Shown here piece by piece: positions 56,270 through 64,000 of a stretch of DNA of 64,000 nt. The first letter of the stretch is position 1; each line of letters begins with the position of its first letter. The DNA comes from an uncultured Chromatiaceae bacterium (lineage in GTDB: Bacteria > Pseudomonadota > Gammaproteobacteria > DRLM01). The notes below the pieces were generated by a model. That model worked only from the letters and a program-made list of their open reading frames with translations. It had not been told where the DNA came from and did no database searches. The DNA lies in assembly GCA_945787555.1 (NCBI GenBank), contig CALZJG010000026.1, positions 230 through 64,229 on the forward strand, written 5' to 3'. The position numbers were made by a program, and so were the translations under genes.

Positions 56270-58579
56270 TCAGCCCGCCGAGGCCTCAGCGGCGGCCTTG
56301 CGCACTTTGATACGCGTGGCCGTGCCTTGTTCCTCGATGCTCAGCACTTGGTGTCCGTCACTTTGCAGGCTGGAAGTCACTTGCTGCGAGGGGTCGCCCG
56401 AGACGAACAGGAAATCCACCTCCGTGCCGGGTTGCAAGCTGCGCAGCGTATTGCGCGCCTTGATGTAATGCAGCGGACAGCCATAGCCGGTGAGATCGAT
56501 GATAGACGCGCTCGTCTGCGCCAGCGCCGGGCGTTTGATTTGCGGCAATGAGGCGGTCAGGTCGAGTTGCTTATCGATGCCCTGGCAGGTGGCAGCGGCG
56601 TCCAGCATCCACGCGTCCATGCGCTCGGACAACGCCTTGAGCTTTAGATCTTCGAAGTTGGCTTGCTGCTCGGCCAGCTCCGTAATGAACTGTTGCAGAC
56701 GTCCGCCCAAGTCGCTGCTGGGCAGGGTCTCGCTCAGGTCGCTGGCAATGTCCGCCAAGGTTTGGCCGGCCTGACGGCCGGCAAGGAATTGCACCGACTG
56801 GCCGATCGCACGCAGCATTTGTTCGGCGCACTCGATGGCGTTTTCCGGGTCACGTTGCAAGCGGAAGGCGTCGCGATAGTTGCGCTCGTGGGCGGCCTCG
56901 GCGAAGTTGGCAGACACCAGGCTCTGCGCCGCGCCGGCGCATTCGCCGCCGCCCAATTGCAGCACTTTGAATTGCTCGGCTTCGCCGTGGTCGCGCCCCA
57001 CTTCAGCGAGCTGCTCGGGCGTGATGCCCTTCAGATCGGCGACGACCGAGGCGATGTGCTCGATGCCCCGTCGGCGGGTCCAATGGAAGAAGCTTTCATC
57101 GTCCTGGTGGTCCTGGCCATACGCCTCGCTCACGCGGCTGACGGCTTGCTCGATGCGCGCCGCCGGGATGGAGGGGCCTTTGAGGGCGATGGCGCCGTCG
57201 CCACGACCGTCACCGCCGAAATACATCTGATAATGCGGCACCAGCTTGCCGTGTAAGCGTTTGCCTTCACCGTAGATGCCGATATCGCCGGTCTCGGGCT
57301 GGGCGCAGCCGTTCTGACACCCGCTGGCGCGGATGCGCAAATCCTGCGGGCCGCCGGAGAGTTTCAGGCCGACGATCTTGGATGAGGTGATGCCGAGGCG
57401 GCAGGTGGACGTGCCGGGGCAGGCCACCACGTTGTCGCCGACCTTGGGCTCGCCCAGATCGAGGGCGGCCAGGGCGGCGCGGATGCGCGGAAAGCTATCC
57501 TCGCGCACGCCCACCAACGCCAGTTTTTGATCCTGCGTGGCGCGCACGTCGTCCAGTCCTTCGCTCTGCATCAGTTGGGCGATGCCGCGTAGCTGCGGCG
57601 CGGTAATGTCGCCGATGGGCAGGCTGATGGGGAAGACGTGCAGTCCCGGCTGTTTTTGCTCGATCACGCGGCGCGGCGCGCCGGGGAAGGGAGTAGCGCC
57701 GTCGCGCTGGCCGGCTTGCCACTCGCCCTTGGGGTTATCGTAATCGGCGTAGGCCACCTTGGTGCGCGCCAGCTCCTCGCGATATTTAGCGATGAATTCC
57801 TCGGCGCCGAATTTGTCGACCAGCCATTTGATGCGGGCGCGGGCGCGCCGTTTGCGGTCGGAGTACTTGTTGTGCAAGGTCAGGATCGCTTCCATGGAGG
57901 CGAGCAAGTCTTGCTCCTCGATAAATTCCTCGACGGTGATGGCATGATGGGGCTTGTGGCCCAGGCCGCCGCCCGCCAGTACCTTGAAGCCGAAGCGGCC
58001 ATCCTTGTTGACGGCGACTACGCCCAGGTCATGCATCAATCCTTGGGCGCAATCGGTTTCGCAGCCGGAGAAGCTGATCTTGAACTTACGCGGCATTTGC
58101 TGGGTCAGGGGGTAGCGTAAGAAGCGCTTCACGGCGCCTTCCAAATGCGTGTTGATGTCGACATGCTCGCGCGGGCACACGCCGGCTAGCGGGCAGGCGC
58201 TGACGTTGCGCACGGTGTTGTTGCACGCTTCGCGGGTGGTGAGGCCGGCCTCGCCCAGTTTGCGCATCACCGTGGCGGTGTCCTTGATCGGGATATAGTG
58301 GATTTGGAAGTCCTGGCGCGTGGTGACATGAGCCACGTCGTGCTGGGCGTAAGTCTCTAAGCAATCGGCGATAACGGCGAGTTGCTCGGGATTCATGATG
58401 CCGCCCGGCAGTTTGATGCGTACCATATGCACGCCATCTTGGCGCTGGCCGTAGATGCCATGCTGGAGGCGGAACGACATGAAGCGCTCGCCGTCCATAT
58501 CACCGTTCAAGAAAGCGTGTACCGCTTCTTCGTAACGGTTGATCTCTTCCACGTCCACCAGATTCTTGATCACACTCAT
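56270..58579 (-). CDS. Siroheme-[4Fe-4S] sulfite/nitrite reductase (NirA/Sir type) fused to C-terminal TusA-like domain
   Basis: Two nitrite/sulfite-reductase ferredoxin-like halves with siroheme-cluster cysteines (ACPGTSTC...SGCQNGC). Then an about 140-aa linker domain and a C-terminal TusA motif (IDLTGYGCPLHYIKARNTLRSLQPGTEV). ATG 58579. Confidence 0.8.
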   Translation of the reverse strand: MSVIKNLVDVEEINRYEEAVHAFLNGDMDGERFMSFRLQHGIYGQRQDGVHMVRIKLPGGIMNPEQLAVIADCLETYAQHDVAHVTTRQDFQIHYIPIKDTATVMRKLGEAGLTTREACNNTVRNVSACPLAGVCPREHVDINTHLEGAVKRFLRYPLTQQMPRKFKISFSGCETDCAQGLMHDLGVVAVNKDGRFGFKVLAGGGLGHKPHHAITVEEFIEEQDLLASMEAILTLHNKYSDRKRRARARIKWLVDKFGAEEFIAKYREELARTKVAYADYDNPKGEWQAGQRDGATPFPGAPRRVIEQKQPGLHVFPISLPIGDITAPQLRGIAQLMQSEGLDDVRATQDQKLALVGVREDSFPRIRAALAALDLGEPKVGDNVVACPGTSTCRLGITSSKIVGLKLSGGPQDLRIRASGCQNGCAQPETGDIGIYGEGKRLHGKLVPHYQMYFGGDGRGDGAIALKGPSIPAARIEQAVSRVSEAYGQDHQDDESFFHWTRRRGIEHIASVVADLKGITPEQLAEVGRDHGEAEQFKVLQLGGGECAGAAQSLVSANFAEAAHERNYRDAFRLQRDPENAIECAEQMLRAIGQSVQFLAGRQAGQTLADIASDLSETLPSSDLGGRLQQFITELAEQQANFEDLKLKALSERMDAWMLDAAATCQGIDKQLDLTASLPQIKRPALAQTSASIIDLTGYGCPLHYIKARNTLRSLQPGTEVDFLFVSGDPSQQVTSSLQSDGHQVLSIEEQGTATRIKVRKAAAEASAG

Positions 58580-58823
58580 CCTCGCCTCTCTCGCGCCGGC
58601 GCTGCGCCGACGATCTATCAAAATTTAGATGCTCCGATAACCTGAGCGTCGTTACGTGCGCCGCAACTGCCTGGCGCCATGCCCCACCCGAAAAACCCAA
58701 GGCGCCATATTTTACATGACCGCGGGCATGACCGCGCAATACTCAGTCCGCCACCGAAATGTATCGATCACGGCCCCGGGGGACGCTGCAGCAGCGCTAC
58801 GAGGTCGCGAAGGACGGGCTGTT

Positions 58824-58862
58824 CGTTCGAGCGAACGGCCGGGAGAGTCTCACCGGCCGTTC
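58824..58862. promoter_or_regulatory. Overlapping palindromes in the sir/cysB divergent intergenic region
   Basis: CGTTCGAGCGAACG (14-bp palindrome) overlaps GAACGGCCGG-gagagtctca-CCGGCCGTTC (perfect 10-bp arms). The position fits an operator or attenuator-like structure. Confidence 0.4.
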
Positions 58863-58955
58863 CTTTGCTCATGACAGGCTGGCTAGCGTAGCAAGGCTGG
58901 CATATCATGAAAAATAATATAATCTTCTATTGGTATGGGCGGCAGAGTATAAGCG

Positions 58956-59876
58956 TTGAAATTACAGCAACTGCGTTACGTGCGCGAAGTGGTGCGCGCC
59001 GGTTTCAACGTCTCGGCAGCGGCCGAGGCGCTGCACACGGCCCAGCCGGGGGTCAGCAACCAGGTTCAGCTCCTGGAGCAGGAGCTCAAGGTGCAGATCT
59101 TCGAGCGTAAGGGTAAGCGATTGACTGGGTTGACGAAACCCGGCGAGGCCATCGTTGCCCTGGCGGAGCGGGTGCTGCGCGAGGTGGAGAATATCAAGCA
59201 GGTGGGAGCGGAGTTCTCCAACGAAACCACCGGCACCTTGTCCGTTGCCACTACCCATACCCAAGCCCGTTATGCCTTGCCGCCGGTGATCAAATCGTTC
59301 ACGGAGCGCTTTCCCGACGTGCGTCTGGAGTTGCACCAAGGCAATCCCACCCAGGTGTGCGAAATGGTTTTGGCGGGCGTGGCCGACATCGGTATCGCCA
59401 CTGAGGCCATCGAGTTGTTCGGCGAGTTGATAATGCTGGCCTGTTATCAGTGGAATCGCTGCCTGGTGGCGCCGCCCGACCATCCGATACTCAAAGAGGA
59501 TCCGCTCACCCTGGAGGCCATCGCCAACTATCCGGTGGTGACCTATGACTTCGCGTTTGCCGGGCGCTCCAAGATCAATAAGGCGTTCGAAGCGCGGGGC
59601 TTGAAGCCCAACGTGGTGTTGACCGCTATCGACTCGGACGTGATCAAGACTTATGTGGAATTGGGTCTAGGGATAGGGATTTTGGCCAGCATGGCCTTTG
59701 ATCCGGCGCGCGACACCCGTTTGCGCGTCATGGATGCCTCCCATTTGTTCGAGGCCAGCACCACCCGCATCGGCATCCGGCGCAGCGCCTATCTGCGCGG
59801 CTATGTCTTCGCCTTCATTGAGCTGTTCGCGCCGCATCTGACGCGCGAGGTGGTTATGGAGGCGCTGAGCCACTAG
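58956..59876 (+). CDS. cysB: LysR-family transcriptional regulator CysB
   Basis: LKLQQLRYVREVV...SVATTHTQARYALP...IDSDVIKTYVELGLGIGILASMA is collinear with E. coli CysB. TTG start. Confidence 0.85.
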   Translation: MKLQQLRYVREVVRAGFNVSAAAEALHTAQPGVSNQVQLLEQELKVQIFERKGKRLTGLTKPGEAIVALAERVLREVENIKQVGAEFSNETTGTLSVATTHTQARYALPPVIKSFTERFPDVRLELHQGNPTQVCEMVLAGVADIGIATEAIELFGELIMLACYQWNRCLVAPPDHPILKEDPLTLEAIANYPVVTYDFAFAGRSKINKAFEARGLKPNVVLTAIDSDVIKTYVELGLGIGILASMAFDPARDTRLRVMDASHLFEASTTRIGIRRSAYLRGYVFAFIELFAPHLTREVVMEALSH

Positions 59877-59902
59877 CTGTGCCGCTCTTCGCGAGCGCGT
59901 TG

Positions 59903-62208
59903 TCAGCCTGCGGTCGTATCCTCCGGCGCCAATTCCGGTGCCGGCTCGCTGTAATCGCATTCCTTTTGTGGGCAGACTTTTTCAGTGCCGCGTCGCTTGG
60001 TGGTCTTGAGCGTCAGGATTGGCCACTGGCAGGTAGGGCAGGGCTCGTTGAGCGGCTCGTTCCACACCGCGTATTTGCACTCGGGGTAGGTCGAGCAGGA
60101 ATAGAAAATCTTGCCATAGCGTGATTTGCGCTTGAGCAGCGTGCCTTTCTTGCACTCGGGACAGGCGACTTGCGTATCGGTCGGCTTCTCCAGCGGCTCG
60201 ATGTATTTGCACTTGGGGTAGTTACCGCAGCCGATGAATTTGCCGTAACGCCCCTGGCGGATGATGAGCGGGCCATCGCATTGCGGGCAAGTGCGACCTT
60301 CCACGACTTCCGGCGCGGCGGCTTCGCTATCATCGTTGAGGTTGCGCGTGTAATCGCACTCAGGATAGCCGCTACAACCGATGAAGCGGCCGCGCCGACC
60401 CAGGCGGATGCTGAGCGGCTTGCCGCATTTCGGGCAGTCTTCGTCCATGGCTTCCTGAGTGACGTCCTTGCGCTCGACGTTTTGTTCGGTGTCGTCGACG
60501 CGTTCCTTGAACGGCTTCCAGAAGGTGCGCATCAGCGGCACCCAATCTTCCTCGCCGCGCGAGACGGCATCGAGCTCATCTTCCAGTTTGGCGGTGAAGT
60601 CATAGTCCACATATTGCGGGAAGTAGTTGGTGAGGAACTTGTTGACGATGCGCCCGACATCGGTGGGGATGAAGCGGCGCTTGTCCATGCGGACATACTC
60701 GCGTTGCTGCAGTGTGGAGATGATGGCGGCATAGGTTGAGGGGCGGCCGATGCCGAACTCCTCCAGCGCTTTGACCAGGCTCGCTTCGCTGTAGCGCGGT
60801 GGCGGCTCGGTGAAATGTTGTTCGGGGCGAATCTTGTTTAGGTCGACCGTCTCGCCTTCCTTGAGCGGCGGCAGCAGGCGATTCTCATCATCGCCGCTCT
60901 TGGCGTCGTCCACCCCTTCCTGATACACGGCCATGAAGCCGGGGTCGGCGATGGTCGAGCCGCTGGCGCGGAAGAAGTGTTCCTGGCCGGCGGCCAGATC
61001 CGCGCTGACCGTATTGATGGTGGCGTGGATCATCTGGCAGGAGACGGCGCGTTTCCAGACTAAATCATAGAGCTTGTATTGGTCGGCACTGAGATGTGTC
61101 TTCATCTCTTCCGGCGTTTGCGTGACGCTGGTAGGGCGTATTGCTTCGTGCGCCTCCTGGGCATTCTTGGCCTTGGTCTTATAGACATTGGGCGTGGCCG
61201 GTACCTTGTCTTTGCCGTAACGTTCGGCAATGTAGCCGCGAATTTCCTCTATCGCTTCCTGAGCCAGATTTACCGAGTCGGTACGCATGTAGGTGATAAG
61301 GCCTACGGTGGTGCCGCCGATGTCGATGCCTTCATACAACTGTTGTGCGGTGCGCATGGTGCGGCTGGCGGAGAAGCCCAGCTTGCGGGAAGCTTCCTGT
61401 TGGATCGTGGACGTGATGAACGGCGGCGCGGGGTTGCGTTTGCGCTGTTTCTTCTCGACTTTGCTAATGCGCAGTTTACCGTTTGCCGCCGTGGTGAGGG
61501 CCGTCACCGCCTTAGTGGCGTCATCTTCATTGTTGATGCTGAATTGGCTGAGTTTCTTGCCGGCGTAATGATGCAGACGTGCGGCGAACTTGTCTTTGTC
61601 TTTGGCGACATCGGCCTCGATGGTCCAATATTCACGGGCTTTGAATTTTTCGATTTCCTCCTCGCGCTCCGCAATCAAGCGCAGCGCCGGGCTCTGTACG
61701 CGGCCCGCCGAGAGTCCGGGGCGGATCTTTTTCCACAGCAGGGGAGAGAGATTGAAACCGACTAAATAATCCAGCGCGCGGCGCGCTTGTTGCGCGTTGA
61801 CCAAGTCCATGGATACCCGCCGCGGTTGGGTCATGGCTTCCTGGACGGCGCGCTGGGTAATTTCGTTGAACACCACGCGATGTACTGGTTTGTCATCGAG
61901 TATCGCTTTTTCTCGCAGCAGCTCGCACAAATGCCAGGAGATGGCTTCGCCCTCGCGGTCCGGGTCAGTGGCCAGATAAAGCGTGTCGGCCTTGCTCATG
62001 GCCTTGGCGATGGCCTCGAAATGTTTTTCATTCTTTTCGATGGACTGGTATTTCATGACGAAGTCGTGCTCGGGGTCCACCGCGCCTTCCTTGGGCAGCA
62101 GGTCGCGCACATGGCCGTAGGAGGCCAGTACCTGGAAATCCTTGCCCAGGTACTTCTTGATGGTTTTCGCCTTGGCCGGCGATTCGACTATAACTAGATG
62201 CTTGCTCA
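59903..62208 (-). CDS. topA: DNA topoisomerase I
   Basis: MSKHLVIVESPAKAKTIKKYLG (TOPRIM). Active-site region and C-terminal Zn-ribbon repeats (CPxC...C). 768 aa. Confidence 0.9.
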
Positions 62209-62327
62209 TCAATAACTGTCCGTCTGTGTTGTTGCAGACCTCGCTGCCTATCATCCTGGTCTGGAATAAAGCATGCTCCCGGCACGGCAGAGCCGCCCCG
62301 CGTTGTCGTGGTGCGTGGTGAGTTAGT

Positions 62328-62804
62328 TTAGTGCAACCACCCTGGGGTCCCCTCGAACACCAAGTCTTCCATCCAGGCGAAGGCCGCCTCCTTGCCGGGT
62401 TGATTGAACAGTACCATCAGAATGATCCACTTGAGATCAGTCAGATCGACTTCATCGGTTTCCAGGGCCATGACGCGGTCCAGCACCAGTTCTCGGCTTT
62501 CAGCATCCAGGACGCCGCTTTGTTCTAAAAAGAGCAAGAAGCCGCGGGATTCCGTATCCAGGCGCTTGCTTTCCTCGGTGCTGTAGAGACGTACCGAGCG
62601 CGTCGTGTTGGTGGTTATGGCGGTACTGGCTCGAGCCTGGGCGAGATCCTCCAGCCAGTTAAACGCCTTGTCGATCTCGCGGTCCATGAAGCCGGCACGC
62701 ACCAATTCCGCTTTCAGGGACTCCTGATCGGCGCTGTCGTCCATGTCCCCGTACATGTAATTTTCCAACAGGTACATGAGGATATCGAGTACGTTTTCTT
62801 TCAT
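62328..62804 (-). CDS. smg: Smg protein (DUF494)
   Basis: MKENVLDILMYLLENYMYGD... is the conserved Smg N-terminus. Positioned between dprA and topA, as in E. coli. Confidence 0.8.
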   Translation of the reverse strand: MKENVLDILMYLLENYMYGDMDDSADQESLKAELVRAGFMDREIDKAFNWLEDLAQARASTAITTNTTRSVRLYSTEESKRLDTESRGFLLFLEQSGVLDAESRELVLDRVMALETDEVDLTDLKWIILMVLFNQPGKEAAFAWMEDLVFEGTPGWLH

Positions 62805-62819
62805 TAACTACCGTCGCTG

Positions 62820-63935
62820 TCAGGAGAGGCGAGTGTATAGACCCCCTGCTGTGGGTGCTACCTGTCCATGCAATTCAAGGACCAACAGCATGGAGGAAAC
62901 CTGTTCCGGCGTCAATCCGCTCCGCTCCACCAGGGTGTCGATGGCCGCCGGCTCATAACCCAAGGCTCCCAGCAATTGGGCATAGGCGGGATCATCGGCG
63001 TGGCGGTGCGGAGGGGTGCCCGAGAGCGGAGTGAGGGGGGTGTGAGTCGCTGTCCAGCCGCCTAATTCCTCGATGATGTCGGCGGCGGTTTCGACCAATT
63101 TCGCGCCCAGGCGGATGAGCGCGTGACAGCCGCGCGCCTGCGGATTATGGATGGAGCCGGGAATGGCGAAGACTTCGCGGCCTTGCTCCGTGGCCAGGCG
63201 AGCGGTGATTAGCGAGCCGCTATGGATGGCGGCCTCTACCACCAGCGTGCCGAGACTGAGGCCGCTGATGAGTCGGTTACGGCGGGGGAAATTTTCCGGA
63301 CGGGGCGCCGTGCCCGGCGGGAATTCCGTCACCAAGGCGCCGCGTCCGGCGATTTCATGAGCCAAGTTGCGGTGGCGCGCCGGATAGACGCGGTCCAGCC
63401 CGGTGCCCGTGACGGCGATGGTGTGGCCGTCCTGGGCGGCCAAGGCGCCTTGGTGGCTGGCGGCGTCTATCCCTAACGCCAGGCCGCTGGTGATGACTAA
63501 ACCGCTGGCCGCCAAATGGCGGGCGAAATCCGCGGCGGTATCCGCGCCGCCGCGGGTGGGGTTGCGGGTGCCGACGATGGCCAGCTGCGGTTGTCTGAGG
63601 AGTTCGGGGTCGCCGTGCACGAACAAGACTAGGGGGGGGTCGGGCAGTTCGTTGAGCAGGGGCGGGTAGCGTGGGTCATGCAGGCTGATGAGGTGGCGGT
63701 CGGGCTGTTGCGCCCAGGCAAGATCAAGATCGATGATCCCCCAATCGGGCTCGCGTAGCCAGTCGCGTGCGGCGTCGCCGAGTTTCACCCTCTCAGGGCA
63801 AGCGCGCGCGCCGGACTGGAATAATTCCAGGGGGGTGGGGAAATGTTCCAGTAGGCGTCGTGCGGTGACGACGCCTACCCCCGGCATGCGCACCAGGGCC
63901 AGCCAGTAGGCCAGTTCCCCCCGTTCCCCCGTCAT
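62820..63935 (-). CDS. dprA: DNA-processing protein DprA (Smf)
   Basis: Rossmann-like core (LAIVGTRNPT...GIDAASHQGAL) and C-terminal winged-helix-like domain. 371 aa. Confidence 0.85.
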   Translation of the reverse strand: MTGERGELAYWLALVRMPGVGVVTARRLLEHFPTPLELFQSGARACPERVKLGDAARDWLREPDWGIIDLDLAWAQQPDRHLISLHDPRYPPLLNELPDPPLVLFVHGDPELLRQPQLAIVGTRNPTRGGADTAADFARHLAASGLVITSGLALGIDAASHQGALAAQDGHTIAVTGTGLDRVYPARHRNLAHEIAGRGALVTEFPPGTAPRPENFPRRNRLISGLSLGTLVVEAAIHSGSLITARLATEQGREVFAIPGSIHNPQARGCHALIRLGAKLVETAADIIEELGGWTATHTPLTPLSGTPPHRHADDPAYAQLLGALGYEPAAIDTLVERSGLTPEQVSSMLLVLELHGQVAPTAGGLYTRLS

Positions 63936-63942
63936 GGCGCCG

Positions 63943-64000
63943 TCAGGGGTTACGCACCGCGTCGTAGAGGCGAATTTCGCGCGTGGCTTTCATCACCAAG
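63943..64000 (-). CDS. 3' end of an upstream gene (unknown) truncated by the window edge
   Basis: Open minus-strand frame running off the right edge and ending at a stop 7 nt before the dprA start. The frame is ambiguous. Confidence 0.25.
   Translation of the reverse strand, partial: LVMKATREIRLYDAVRNP

Noticed and set aside
1-64000. Searched for CRISPR repeats, tRNA/rRNA genes, IS elements/transposases, integrases and toxin-antitoxin pairs
   Set aside because: No regularly spaced direct repeats, no tRNA-like T-arm/anticodon structures, and no transposase or integrase motifs were seen on either strand. The only candidate repeats are the coding tandem repeats of the H1-like gene, the internal Kelch duplication and short GGAGAGG inverted motifs.

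Overview
High-GC (~63%) chromosomal segment that looks like a chemolithoautotrophic gammaproteobacterium. Two things point to autotrophy: a bacterial-type phosphoribulokinase, and hydrogenase-maturation genes hypD/hypE at the left edge. Several blocks share gene order with E. coli: 5-formyl-THF cyclo-ligase, 6S RNA and zapA divergent from ygfB-pepP-ubiH-ubiI; gcvT-gcvH-gcvP; dprA-smg-topA next to cysB. Most of the window is housekeeping. It includes pstSCAB without a downstream phoU, an ABC-F ATPase, mscL, rpiA, ilvA, a Fur-box-controlled Fe(III) ABC importer, and a glycine-riboswitch-controlled gcv operon that also carries tpx, dgkA and a PfkB-family kinase. No CRISPR array, tRNA, rRNA, transposase or integrase was found. 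The features that look non-routine are listed here. (1) A translationally coupled 9-gene minus-strand cluster (44.5-54.1 kb): TlpA-like redoxin, secreted protein, giant 1508-aa periplasmic TPR protein, TPR lipoprotein, small secreted protein, ExbB-ExbD-ExbD-TonB, with no TonB-dependent receptor nearby. (2) An orphan tandem-BMC-domain shell-like protein beside a 1.1-kb gene-free stretch that holds a coding remnant and a terminator. (3) A siroheme sulfite/nitrite reductase fused to a C-terminal TusA domain, followed by a cysteine-less TusA-like paralog and divergent from cysB, with palindromes between them. (4) A secreted NHL beta-propeller protein with a degenerate PEP-CTERM anchor next to a B12-binding radical SAM enzyme. 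(5) A Lys/Ala-repeat histone-H1-like protein encoded by tandem DNA repeats. (6) A lower-GC patch holding a decayed MFS transporter pseudogene. (7) An AT-rich island upstream of mscL with a 15-codon uORF behind a perfect Shine-Dalgarno sequence.
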